Source of the DNA: a virus
DNA: 64,000 nt
Virus record (IMG/VR): IMGVR_UViG_3300018080_000158
Coordinates: 1 to 64,000 of that record
Strand: one strand, 5' to 3'
Below, in pieces: positions 8,340-18,571 of this stretch (position 1 is its first letter; every line of letters begins with the position of its first letter). The translations under genes were made by a program, and so were the position numbers. A model generated the notes under the pieces. The model worked only from the letters and a program-made list of their open reading frames with translations. It made no database searches and was not told the origin of the DNA.

Positions 8340-9480
8340 AGTAGTATACTATTAGTAATTTGAGATTTTCGGACCCCACCCCCCAGGTAGTAATTAGTAA
8401 TTAGTATTCTCTGAGTATACTCACCTTGTCCTCAGTTAGTATACTCGCCTAGTAATTAGTATTAGCAGAGTCATTGCATGACCATATGCTTAGATTACTA
8501 TGAGTATACTTACTCGCCTGCCAGGACAGGTCGCACCTGCGACCTAGTCATTGACTGATTACTAATCACTCGCCCTATGCAATCACATATCCAATTGCTC
8601 GCCCAGTACTCCTAGTATACTAATTACTAATTACTCATTTCCAATTACTCGAACCAATCAGTTTTACTATTAGTAATAATTACTCGCAAGGGGACATTCT
8701 ATCTGACATATAACATCTGACATATAACATCTGACATCTAACACTCTACCTATACCCTTCTATCTATACTATCTGACATAGGACATATACTAGTCTATCT
8801 ACTATTTACTATCTATGCCATGGACTATCTATGCTGTTTGGCATCTACTACTCTATATATGATAGGGCATCCTACCTGACATTTACTATCTATGCTGTCA
8901 AGCGTCTGCTGCCTACTACATCCTATCCGACATCTGTTATAGAATGCCTGCTCTCTCCAGCGCACAGTATACTGTATAAAGCCTTTACCGGGCCTTGCAT
9001 CATACTGCTTAATATCTGGCATATACTCTTCTCTCTAACTCCTTTAACACTGCTCTGCATACTACCTTCTCTCCTGCATACCTCTATACTACACCTCTCC
9101 TGACTATCTTTGGCTTTCCTACTTATACTTATAGCTTTCTTTGCTTTCGGTACTTCATTCAGTTGGTTTAGGACTTATTGGCAGGTAGTACTATATACCT
9201 CTGCATACCTATCCTATCGATACAGTACTATTTCCTTCTGCCTACTACCGATCACCTATGCTATACACCTTACTGCATACGTAGCAAAGGTAATACTGGC
9301 AAGCATCTGCTACAGATCTGTCTTTGCCTGAGCATACTCTATGAGCAAGTACTTATAGATGCGATTCTATAGGAAGCAACACTGTCGATACATACCACCA
9401 ATCAGTCTGCTATGAGGGACCTTCAGTACTGCATACGTAGGATCTTAGAGGAGACATACCGTTGAGGATATAAGGGAAGG
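8340..9480. other. non-coding low-complexity zone (AGTAATTAGT/ATTACTC clusters, ATCTGACAT repeats, C-run at ~8374-8384)
   Basis: dense short repeats; ORFs here lack RBS and have biased composition. Confidence 0.55.
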
Positions 9481-9525
9481 GCTGTGCTGCCACCGAGGAG
9501 TAATGAGTAAACAAGGGGCTTTGGC

Positions 9526-9753
9526 CTAATGCCCATCTGGTGTAGGCACTTCAGTTGAGATACCTACTTTTATAGTATGTGGGCTATCGTCTGCTTTGCC
9601 GTAAGTATAATTGACTAGCCTTACAAGATGAATATCGCTAACCACCAGGCCCGTCTTTGCTTCATATACACCAATGGCCTTTAGTATTTTCTGTTTGAGT
9701 ATCCTGGTTTCTGTTTTAATCTGGGAAAGAGTGATTGCTTCTTCTTTGTCCAT
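9526..9753 (-). CDS. small protein, paralogue of 9771..9968
   Basis: YEAKTGLVVSDI vs FEEATGLTVFEI. Confidence 0.65.
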   Translation of the reverse strand: MDKEEAITLSQIKTETRILKQKILKAIGVYEAKTGLVVSDIHLVRLVNYTYGKADDSPHTIKVGISTEVPTPDGH

Positions 9754-9770
9754 GGTATGTTGTCTCCTTT

Positions 9771-9968
9771 TTAAAGGATAGGGAAGCGAATCAAAATGTC
9801 TACATCAGCAGTGGTTATATTTTCTTCCTCGGTATGGATAGGGTTTATTTCAAAAACAGTCAACCCGGTAGCCTCTTCAAATGAATAGATGAGATTTAAG
9901 ATATCATGCCGAAGCATGGCCACTTTGCATTTCACTTCTTCTAGCCTTTCAACTTTATCTTTGGACAT
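9771..9968 (-). CDS. small protein, paralogue of 9526..9753
   Basis: shared (F/Y)E-x-x-TGL-x-V motif. Confidence 0.65.
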   Translation of the reverse strand: MSKDKVERLEEVKCKVAMLRHDILNLIYSFEEATGLTVFEINPIHTEEENITTADVDILIRFPIL

Positions 9969-10598
9969 TGCAGCAACCCCTTTCAGACGATAGAAAGTAA
10001 GTAACGTCTTTAGTCAAGACAAAAGAGTATATAAACCATAACAGCACAAGCCAATATACTGCACATTAATACAGTAATGGCAATAGTGGCAAGCTCAACC
10101 GCTCTAGACAGCCTATGCTTGATTAGATTTAATATCACATGGTCGGGTATGTCGTTATCGTCTAGCCCTGTAAAAGCCTTGAAGGCTTTAGCCAATTCGC
10201 TCATTAACTTATTACTCTGATCATGGATAATAGTATTGTACAAATGATAGCTCCACGACCCCTCCCCCATTATAGGGGAGGGGTTTTTTAAATTACTCAA
10301 TAAATGAGATCCTTAATTTTATAGGACAAGATAAGGGGAATCCCTTGCGTTATACCATAGCATAGGCCAGTCCTTTAGCTGTCTAAGGCTCTCGTTTTGT
10401 TAAATGGCTTTCCTCGAACCAAGAACCTCCTTCTTCGGTTACAACATAATATTGCTTGCCCCCGCTATCAAACGCCAACACAGTTATAAGACCAGCAACG
10501 CCAGAAAGAGTATTAACTTTTTCATTCAATCCGAATTCAAAATCCACTCTAGTTATCACTTATTCTCACTCCCTTCTTATTCCCTGCTTTATTTTCTT

Positions 10599-11105
10599 TC
10601 ATCTGTGCTTTTTACTTACATTCAAAACTGCACTGCTATAGTCCTTGTTCTTAGCAATCCAATCGTCAACGCTCCGAGACAGGAAAAACAGGAGCTGTGA
10701 ATTGATGGTTCTAAATTCTATATCAGCTATTTTCTTGATCTGAGGATAAAGTATACTGTCTTTGGGGAATGTCAAATGAAACTTGTCAGCTTTGATTGCT
10801 TCATTGTAGCAAACGATACAATACCCTGGAGGAGGAAACCCCTTCTTTACTCTGACAGGGCGCTTGCCGCACTTTGAGCATAGGGGCCTTTCTTCCGATT
10901 TGCTTCTCTCATCCTTTGGACCTTCTTTCCTGCAAGTCTCCTCCGTTACTTCATTTTGCCAGTTTGCTAAATACTCACAATCTTCATAGAGTCCTTCATC
11001 GTCGCACTTGTGACTATGAACACACTTAGCACAAGGAGCATCGAAGGCATCAGTCTCTTTGGGGTCCAAGGATCTTGGCAGTTTATTTTTGCTTTGCTTC
11101 TTCAT
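10599..11105 (-). CDS. Cys-rich protein with C-terminal Arc/ribbon-helix-helix-like domain
   Basis: several CxxC; LTFP...IKKIADIEFRTINSQLLFFL. Confidence 0.5.
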   Translation of the reverse strand: MKKQSKNKLPRSLDPKETDAFDAPCAKCVHSHKCDDEGLYEDCEYLANWQNEVTEETCRKEGPKDERSKSEERPLCSKCGKRPVRVKKGFPPPGYCIVCYNEAIKADKFHLTFPKDSILYPQIKKIADIEFRTINSQLLFFLSRSVDDWIAKNKDYSSAVLNVSKKHR

Positions 11106-11228
11106 CTTTTTTACTTAGACTGCATTCGTATTTTTCCTCAGCTACTTGGTAGTAAGATCTTCAAGAGTAGTTGTAATAATATCATGAATCGCCATTGCTA
11201 AGTTTCCAACCTCTACAGCGTTTTACTC

Positions 11229-11606
11229 CTATTCGTCTGATATATTTCTAGTGAGAAGATATTCATGCAAGTAAGCCATAGCGTTAAAAATGACTCCGCA
11301 AAGAGCATCGTTTAAACTCTCAACGGCATAACTACCCAAACCTCTATGGTGCAGCCAAACATCTACAAAATGCCGCAAGAATGACTTCATGATTTGACTG
11401 CGAGGAATTCCTTTTTGCCAATTGTCAGAGTCCCGTAATGATCCATCTTCTAGGCGTCTATGCTTGTCCAAATATTTTGCATAGTGCAGCAAAACGAGAG
11501 GACTTAAAAATCCTTCAAAGTCAAGCTTACCTTCGTCGCTATTCCTGCTCGCTCCTGTAGCAAATACTCTTCTTGCTTCTTTTTCTGCATGTCCCACTAT
11601 AGACAT
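11229..11606 (-). CDS. dATP/dGTP diphosphohydrolase N-terminal-like (DUF5664) protein
   Basis: FATGASR...GKLDF...DNWQKGIP...SFLRH...FNAM motifs. Confidence 0.75.
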   Translation of the reverse strand: MSIVGHAEKEARRVFATGASRNSDEGKLDFEGFLSPLVLLHYAKYLDKHRRLEDGSLRDSDNWQKGIPRSQIMKSFLRHFVDVWLHHRGLGSYAVESLNDALCGVIFNAMAYLHEYLLTRNISDE

Positions 11607-11866
11607 TATAGCTCTCCTTTGTATCTAGACTTTAAATCAGATCTAAGTCGATTTCTTGCAAGCCAGCCCAACCTCCGGCCCAAACCATATTTCCTATCCA
11701 AACGTTTATCAATATTCCAAATACGCCTTCGAGCGGAATACTTCATACGCTCCCAAATGCAAGGCTCGTCAAATGGGCTAAGCCCTAAAGGCGGTTTGAG
11801 TAAATAGACATCCCCATATTTCTTTCTAATGTACCACATAGCCAATAGCTTCAGAAATAAAGTCAT
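11606..11866 (-). CDS. basic hypothetical protein
   Basis: coupled ORF with RBS. Confidence 0.5.
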   Translation of the reverse strand: MTLFLKLLAMWYIRKKYGDVYLLKPPLGLSPFDEPCIWERMKYSARRRIWNIDKRLDRKYGLGRRLGWLARNRLRSDLKSRYKGEL

Positions 11867-12042
11867 TTTACTCCTTCTACCGATCCACGGTTTTCAGATA
11901 GCAATCTCATTCGTCGTGCAGTGGAATATTTGGAGGGACCATAAATTTATAAATATGATCTTTGTGACTATGGCACGAGCAATTGGATTGCTCACATTTC
12001 TTGCCCAGCACAAAAACCCTCAATTCATCTTTTGGCCTATTC

Positions 12043-12333
12043 TCATTTTGCATGTTTACTTCCCCCTCCTTCCTGGTTAGCTATTTCAATTAAAAAATCC
12101 CCATGGCACCGTTTAGGAGCACAAAAGCATACAAGATCTTTCCCTCTTAGCTCCTGTTTGAATTTTTCTAGTAGTAATGGTTTGGAGCGAAGCATTTGCT
12201 CATACTTGTCACAAACAGCATCTCTGTCTCCATCTATTCCTATTACAAAAGGATTGCCATAGGGAGATCCTCTGCCGATGTAAATTGCTCCAGGAGGGGC
12301 TGTGTTGTGGTACTTATTATGGACCTTTGGCAT
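12043..12333 (-). CDS. DUF4326 domain protein
   Basis: IYIGRGSPYGNPF...LRGKDLVCFCAPKRCHGD. Confidence 0.9.
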   Translation of the reverse strand: MPKVHNKYHNTAPPGAIYIGRGSPYGNPFVIGIDGDRDAVCDKYEQMLRSKPLLLEKFKQELRGKDLVCFCAPKRCHGDFLIEIANQEGGGSKHAK

Positions 12334-12376
12334 GTAAGCAATACCTCCTTAGCTGTTGAACAGTCTACTAAATACA

Positions 12377-12889
12377 TTAAATGTACCCAATATGTCGCCA
12401 ATCCTCAAGGATTGCGACTGTCCTTCTGTCTACTGTATTTTTAATAGCGTTTCTTACATAGGATGTACCAGAGGGATCAGTTATCATTTTTGGGCCAGCG
12501 TATCCAACACCAGCATCGTTTTGATCAAAGACAGGATCTTGAGAAGAAAAACTTTTGCCAAATCGTAAAAGACGAATTGGTTTTTCTTTCTCCTTGCTTT
12601 TTACTTCAAATTTTAACTTTGGCAGTGGCTTGTCTCTGAAAAGAGCGTTGAGTATAGTTTGAATAGCTGTGTGGCAGGTATAGCAAAACCATAGATCGTT
12701 ACCGTCCGAAGTTCTATAAGAAAAACGATGAGCCAGGCAATCGCTCTCGTAATCTACAAACTCACCAGGATTGCAAATCTGTTTCCAATGACCCGTGCCC
12801 GTATATACCAATCCGCAGCAATTAGGATGCACATACTCCAGATAAAAGTTGCATTTCTTATTGAAGCAAAATGGAAGATTTTTACTCAC
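12377..12889 (-). CDS. Cys-rich hypothetical protein carrying an IRLLRF motif
   Basis: AAGGAG RBS; KPIRLLRF. Confidence 0.6.
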   Translation of the reverse strand: MSKNLPFCFNKKCNFYLEYVHPNCCGLVYTGTGHWKQICNPGEFVDYESDCLAHRFSYRTSDGNDLWFCYTCHTAIQTILNALFRDKPLPKLKFEVKSKEKEKPIRLLRFGKSFSSQDPVFDQNDAGVGYAGPKMITDPSGTSYVRNAIKNTVDRRTVAILEDWRHIGYI

Positions 12890-12940
12890 GGCTTCATCTC
12901 CTTAGCTGTTGAGTAATATACTAAGTCCTAATGCCAAGAT

Positions 12941-13408
12941 CTAAATGTCTCGCAGCAAGCCATTTCCTCTCCGTACTGATAGGAGGTGGCTCGCTTGGCT
13001 TCTGTAGGCAAATATTGGAGCCTTGCAGTCTTCGAGTATTTTAATGGCTTCAGGTCTTATTATCGGAAAGGAGCTATTGTCGTGAAAGAAAGCCTTCTCA
13101 GCCATGCCCCTAGATTTGATTTTCCCCTTCTCTATCAATTCCTCAACAGAGAACCTTTCAGCGTCTTGGTCCGAAACAATACATACACCTCTGGTGTGGA
13201 TGTGTGTCTCCAGGTCCACTGCAAAAGTGACGAATACTCTAGGGCGGTGTTTATCATCCTCATAGAAGTAATGAGCGTATCTTAAACGGCTTCTACACCA
13301 CTTAAGCCACCTATCATGTTCCTTCTTTTCCTTACGTTTACTCATTGATCTTTTACTCATCTTTATTGCTCCTTTCGCATAGTCGCTTAGTGGAGTGTAA
13401 TACTGCAC
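12941..13408 (-). CDS. hypothetical protein
   Basis: long ORF in the operon; real start probably MSKR. Confidence 0.55.
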   Translation of the reverse strand: MQYYTPLSDYAKGAIKMSKRSMSKRKEKKEHDRWLKWCRSRLRYAHYFYEDDKHRPRVFVTFAVDLETHIHTRGVCIVSDQDAERFSVEELIEKGKIKSRGMAEKAFFHDNSSFPIIRPEAIKILEDCKAPIFAYRSQASHLLSVRRGNGLLRDI

Positions 13409-13743
13409 AAATCGACCAGCTCACGTATACTACGTTTCACACCAACAGCATTCGGATCAACAAAAGAGTTCAATAACAAGTAGAATATCTTTGCTGCCTT
13501 TTCTGCTTCTTCAAGATTGGCTCCTTTAATAGAACAGTGTACCTTATCATCCGAGCCTATAAAAACAGTTTCCAGCCTGGCAGCTACGCCAAAGCCTAGC
13601 AGCACATCATTAAATAGGCTATTTCTTTGTGAGAGATCCAAATCAGGCTCGAAGCAAATAGTCCAAATCTTATTTTCGAGTTCCTTCTTTTTCTCCTCTT
13701 GACTCATATACTCTCTCCGATCTAAAGTGCAATTGCTACCCAA
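13387..13743 (-). CDS. hypothetical protein
   Basis: ORF in the operon. Confidence 0.5.
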   Translation of the reverse strand: MGSNCTLDRREYMSQEEKKKELENKIWTICFEPDLDLSQRNSLFNDVLLGFGVAARLETVFIGSDDKVHCSIKGANLEEAEKAAKIFYLLLNSFVDPNAVGVKRSIRELVDLCSITLH

Positions 13744-13999
13744 CTATTACTTATATGTCTTAACCAGATCGGGATTCGGGCATATAAACTCATTTTCTTC
13801 TAAACCCCAACGTGTTGATCCTTGATGGCGGTTTTTACCATTTAGTTCACCAGCGATAATTCTCGTACACCAACAAACCGCCGAATCGTCAACTATAGAC
13901 GGGTCAATAGCTTTGGCCTGCTTTCGCACCCACGCACAAGTGCGGCTTTTGCTTGCTTTTCTTCGTCCATTGCTTTACTAACGTTTACTAACGTGCAGT

Positions 14000-14194
14000 T
14001 TACTTACTTTTGTCAATGCGAAACCGCTGGTTATTTTTTAACACTAAATCCGCAATCTCACACGATTTTATTTCTGGTTCAAATGATTCATAACCAACAA
14101 GTTTAGCCAATATATTCATGCCCTCATAATATTCATTTGAGTGATGTAAAAGGAAAATCGCCCTCTTGATTAACTGCCGCTCTTTCTTAGTCAC
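14000..14194 (-). CDS. hypothetical protein
   Basis: AGGTG RBS; ORF in the operon. Confidence 0.5.
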   Translation of the reverse strand: MTKKERQLIKRAIFLLHHSNEYYEGMNILAKLVGYESFEPEIKSCEIADLVLKNNQRFRIDKSK

Positions 14195-14205
14195 AAGTCA
14201 CCTAA

Positions 14206-14859
14206 CTAAAATTTGATATGCCTGATTACTTTCTTATATCTGTTTGACACTTTCTCTGATTGTTTTTTTACTTTCTCACGCTTTCTGTTTGCTTCAAACA
14301 TTTGTACCATAGTCTGATTAGAAGAACGAGACGGCTTCGCACTGGCCAAAGAACGAAATCCCCAATCTGGGTAATTGCACATCGATCGTTCCCCAAAGAA
14401 TCTGAATATCTTTAAAGCTTCAGGACAGTGTAGGAAATGATCCGATAAACTTTCCCATAAATGCTGTATCCTTTTCTCTACAGAGTCTCTAAAAAATCTT
14501 AATTCTCTACCGTGCGGCGATTGTAGCAGATAGGCAAGACTTCTTGACTCGAACTGAACTCTCCATAACATACTACAAGCGGGACATGTGCATTGGAATA
14601 CTATTTGGTGGGTCAGAAAGGCATGATCATAAAAAACAGAGTACTCAACAGGAGCGCCCAGGGCTTTAAACTGATACGTACTAGGGCACTCGCTAAGGAT
14701 CATTTCCATAAACTTGCGAGGTTCTATATAACTAGCCATTGACAATCTTTCACTTTCTATTGCCCATACAATACTTTCATCCAAGGAACAAGCTTTTCTA
14801 AATCGCCATTCTTCCAAGTAGAAGGTCCTTTGAAGTAATCTGATTTTTCGTTCCAACAC
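14206..14859 (-). CDS. hypothetical protein ending in VIRHIKF
   Basis: long ORF, CTCPAC; true start probably downstream of the annotated one. Confidence 0.55.
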   Translation of the reverse strand: MLERKIRLLQRTFYLEEWRFRKACSLDESIVWAIESERLSMASYIEPRKFMEMILSECPSTYQFKALGAPVEYSVFYDHAFLTHQIVFQCTCPACSMLWRVQFESRSLAYLLQSPHGRELRFFRDSVEKRIQHLWESLSDHFLHCPEALKIFRFFGERSMCNYPDWGFRSLASAKPSRSSNQTMVQMFEANRKREKVKKQSEKVSNRYKKVIRHIKF

Positions 14860-15290
14860 TTATAGTCTTTGCCCTCTCTTGGAAGTACCTCGTGTATCTT
14901 GCACACTTTTTCTAAATCGTCTCTCATTACGCATTGCCCCATGGCATATGTCTCTACAACAGGCAAAAAATGACCTAGTAAATGCCTTTGACCAGTGTTA
15001 GCAAAACGCAGATATGCTACATGAGTGTCTGGGTCCATATCTCCGACCATGTAGCTACGAACCAGTTTTGAAATACTCATATCTAAGAAGTTGGCAATTA
15101 CTCTAACTTCGTTAGGGGACGGAGCGCAGGTACGCTTTGCGCAGCACCAACCGCAACCAACACACTTAAGCTTGCCTATGTCTACAGCAGGTTGTCTCAA
15201 GCGGCGCTGCATAATGATCCATGCATTATAGGTTCTTTGTGCTGACTTAATTACTTCTATTTGTCTTAGTCTGCTTAGAAAGTTTGTCAC
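14757..15290 (-). CDS. YkgJ-family CxxCxxCC zinc/iron-chelating protein
   Basis: CVGCGWCC...QCVM...CKIHE..P. Confidence 0.75.
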   Translation of the reverse strand: MTNFLSRLRQIEVIKSAQRTYNAWIIMQRRLRQPAVDIGKLKCVGCGWCCAKRTCAPSPNEVRVIANFLDMSISKLVRSYMVGDMDPDTHVAYLRFANTGQRHLLGHFLPVVETYAMGQCVMRDDLEKVCKIHEVLPREGKDYKCWNEKSDYFKGPSTWKNGDLEKLVPWMKVLYGQ

Positions 15291-15433
15291 AATTGCTCCA
15301 TGGGAGGATAAGGCCAGGTGTCAGCGAGGCGTTGTCGCTACAACAAGGGCTGTCAAGCTTTTTATTCACCATTTCCGACACCTGGCCTAAAATATTGTTG
15401 ATTACTACTAATCTAGACTTCCAATGATTATAG

Positions 15434-15730
15434 CTAGTCTAGATCCTCTAAAGCAGAACGAAAGGCCTTCAAGGCCGTACGTTGGGTTCTCATCATATCA
15501 ACTTGTGCTTGCACATTCGTTCGGATAGCTTTGATATATTCTTCCAATTTTCCATCATAGCTATCATCAATCTGACAAAAGAACCAAAGCTTTTGAATCT
15601 CCCTTGCTACAGGGCTGGGAAGGCTCTTTACTGCATATCGGATAGTGCGGGGTTTGGTCCGGCGGTGCTTCTTGATAGACTTTTCCTGTTTGTTTGGTTT
15701 TGCAATCTTCTTGGCTTTTCCTCTGGCCAT
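15434..15730 (-). CDS. basic hypothetical protein
   Basis: AAGGAGG RBS. Confidence 0.6.
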   Translation of the reverse strand: MARGKAKKIAKPNKQEKSIKKHRRTKPRTIRYAVKSLPSPVAREIQKLWFFCQIDDSYDGKLEEYIKAIRTNVQAQVDMMRTQRTALKAFRSALEDLD

Positions 15731-15803
15731 GATTAATTACCTCCTTATCCCTACAAGTTAGTAAACAGATATGGACATAGTCTAAACTTCATCACCTCCT
15801 TAT

Positions 15804-16208
15804 TTAGAAGTATTCAACATGAATCATTAACTCATTGCTTAAGGCTTTGTTGATAAGATCCTCAGTGCCTTTGCTGCTTCCATCCCATAAAGCAATCGCT
15901 GCTTCTGCCGATTCTACCATTTCAGAATTGCGTAAAAACCCTGCACTTTTCCCATGAGTATCCCAATCGGCAGGCATCTTAATTACTTCAAGCCCTTTGT
16001 CCTTTGCCCACCATTGTCCTACAACATCAGGCCCACGGGCGCAGCCAGAAACAATGTGAGTTACAGATTCAAACCACCAGTCAATTTCTTCTTCTACTAT
16101 TCTAGTAAGAGTGTTTTTAATAAACCGAACATCTGCCAGGTCGTACTTCCATTTCTCATTCGGATCTGGCCTTACCAAATTTCTAGTGCCTGCAATTATA
16201 CACCTCAT
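15804..16208 (-). CDS. SLOG-family (DUF2493/YspA-like) protein
   Basis: IIAGTR, VSGCARGPD, PADWDTHGKSAGFLRN, WDGSSKGT. Confidence 0.85.
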   Translation of the reverse strand: MRCIIAGTRNLVRPDPNEKWKYDLADVRFIKNTLTRIVEEEIDWWFESVTHIVSGCARGPDVVGQWWAKDKGLEVIKMPADWDTHGKSAGFLRNSEMVESAEAAIALWDGSSKGTEDLINKALSNELMIHVEYF

Positions 16209-16864
16209 TCTCCTATCCTTCCAATGGAGCCCCATAGTTATGGTATGCCTCAATCCAATTACTAAAACCCCTAGCCTTTGCATTTCTGTTCAGCATGTTC
16301 AGAATAATAATTTTATTCGACGGATCGTCCTCAACAGGCCAAGGATCTGAACACATTACTAAGTCTAATAATGCTATGAAATCGCAGGTGTCCATAAGCT
16401 ACTTCCTTTCATTATTTACTAATCTTTATCGTCGTACTCACGAAACCTTTCACATATCAGCTCGGCAATAAAGGAGTAAAACAAATCTTTCCGTTTCTTA
16501 CTCCAAGCAAGTCCCGCCATATCAGACTCCCACAATTGCTCCATTTCAAGCTTTAAGCCGCAAGTATCCTGGTGCGAGCACTCTTCACAGCTCACGCTAA
16601 AATTAGGCCGATAACGATCTTTCACATCTGCATCTGGAATCATTTGTCTATCCTTTTTGCTTTGCTTCCTTCTCTTTCTTCAATCGCTCTGCTTGTTCTA
16701 AAGTAAGAGGTTGCAAGGTCAATGCCTTTTTGGTTTTCTTACGAATGAAAAATAGTATTCCATTTAGTTGATATATTTGACCCCGTCTAAATCTAGACAT
16801 TGCCTCTTTTCTGTCAGTAATCCCAATATCTCCCTGCTCGCTAGTAAAAGCCCTTTTCTTCATT

Positions 16865-17272
16865 CTATTTCCTTTTGAATCTTAACAATCTTGGAGTATT
16901 GACAGCAATCATACAATCAGGAGATCTTTTTCGTAGAAATCGCAACAACCGGATAGCATGTATGTCAATTATAATTACTTCTTTACTGCTTGCTCCCTGC
17001 CTTTCAAGGTTTAGCATAACATCCCTCATGGCCCTGCCAGCTTCTGAAGCGGAGATGCCTGACTGTGCCACTGCCTGAATAAAATCCATATCAAGCCTTT
17101 CTGAGAGGTTTCTCATCGACTCTTCCATTCTTAGAGTAGACTGAAAAACCTCTTGAAAGTTCCTAACTAAAGGATGCAAACTACAAGAAAAAGCTCTGGC
17201 CAATTGGGAAGTAATTCTTGACAGATCCACACTAATGTCAATAGTTGTTGCTTGAGGCATTACTAATCTCAC
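16865..17272 (-). CDS. hypothetical protein with two RLLRF motifs
   Basis: AIRLLRF...PRLLRFKRK*. Confidence 0.55.
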   Translation of the reverse strand: MRLVMPQATTIDISVDLSRITSQLARAFSCSLHPLVRNFQEVFQSTLRMEESMRNLSERLDMDFIQAVAQSGISASEAGRAMRDVMLNLERQGASSKEVIIIDIHAIRLLRFLRKRSPDCMIAVNTPRLLRFKRK

Positions 17273-17381
17273 CTTCTACTTATAAATCGCAAAAGCCTTC
17301 GGCCTGTCCTATTGCCTACAAAACCTAACGTCTGCTTCACTTGCACCGCCAAGTACAAGCTCTGGTTATGGCCGGTTCTTA

Positions 17382-17825
17382 TTATTCTTCGATTTGCGGC
17401 ACGGTAAACCCTCGCAAAATTGACGGAATTTTCAAAAGTTCTTCTGTCGCCAAATCTCCAGCAGATCGGCCATCCGGTAAAGACAGATATTCAAAAAACG
17501 CTTTCCGAGCCCCCTTGATGGTAGCACTGAGACATTTCGCTTTTACATCGTGATACAATAGGGTGGCCGCCTGCCTTCTTGCAGCTAACTGATCCTTTTC
17601 GTTTTTGATTGGAAGCACAGGCCACACAATTTTGAATTGATCTCCACCTATTTGAAAAATCATCAGATATGCAGAGGTTCCCAATGACGGGTCTTTTCCG
17701 AAGGCATGAGTCAAAACCGTACCGCCCAATACTTCGATTTGGTCACTAGCCCTATCAAGCCATTTCTCAGGTTGCGATGTACTTGTTTTCCAGTAATTTA
17801 TTTTTTCGGCCTGTGGTAGTTTCAT
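17382..17825 (-). CDS. conserved hypothetical protein
   Basis: RRQAATLLYHDVKAK...YLSLPDGR; start taken at MKLPQ. Confidence 0.65.
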   Translation of the reverse strand: MKLPQAEKINYWKTSTSQPEKWLDRASDQIEVLGGTVLTHAFGKDPSLGTSAYLMIFQIGGDQFKIVWPVLPIKNEKDQLAARRQAATLLYHDVKAKCLSATIKGARKAFFEYLSLPDGRSAGDLATEELLKIPSILRGFTVPQIEE

Positions 17826-18088
17826 ATAAAAGCCATAACTGAGAATGTAAGCTCCTACGACTATAATCCTCAGTAGTAGTAGTGGAGGTAATAGTAATAG
17901 ACATATCGTTGTTATACAACAGACGAGACACAGTATCCCGCAACTCTCGCTGACCAGATCCAACAGTGCGTATGATATTTTCTATACGCTTTAACCTGCG
18001 CAGTGCCTTTACAATCACTACTCCTAAAATTACTACACAACAGCAGACACAAACAATTAAAGATGCAAGTGGTATTACAATCTCCATT

Positions 18089-18391
18089 TTACAACTCAAA
18101 GAATCCCAAACGATCCTCGTGCGACAATCGCTGCACGTAAATGCAAAGTGCTACAAAGGCTATTTCCATTTCCATATCTTTTCTCTCTAACATTCCCTCT
18201 TTGACAAACGATACTAACTGCTTTCTAAGTTTAAGTAAATTGGAATCTGAGAATTCGCACCAGCCAGGCACTTTGTTTTTCTTGATCATTTTTTTGGCTT
18301 TGTTCTTCAAGTCCTTGGAGCAAATATCCATAATTCTACCAAGCACTCTGCGTTCCTTGGTCCAGTCTCTATGAGCTATTTTAGCATTCAT
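18089..18391 (-). CDS. hypothetical protein
   Basis: coupled ORF with RBS. Confidence 0.55.
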   Translation of the reverse strand: MNAKIAHRDWTKERRVLGRIMDICSKDLKNKAKKMIKKNKVPGWCEFSDSNLLKLRKQLVSFVKEGMLERKDMEMEIAFVALCIYVQRLSHEDRLGFFEL

Positions 18392-18571
18392 GCAGTCCCC
18401 TCCCCCCTTTTTTAAAAAGTTTTACAACAGTTGAAACGGTTTGTAGCAATCCGCCGTCCACAAATACTTTCTTTAACAGGCACTGTTCGGTTATTACTAT
18501 AAGCAGAGCAGGCAATTGCGTAATGGGCCTTTCTTTTATCTCATCTACTAGATCTTCGTATGAAATACTCA

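Noticed and set aside
8825-9372. ORFs in the low-complexity zone
   Set aside because: No RBS; the Leu/Tyr/Ser bias reflects DNA skew
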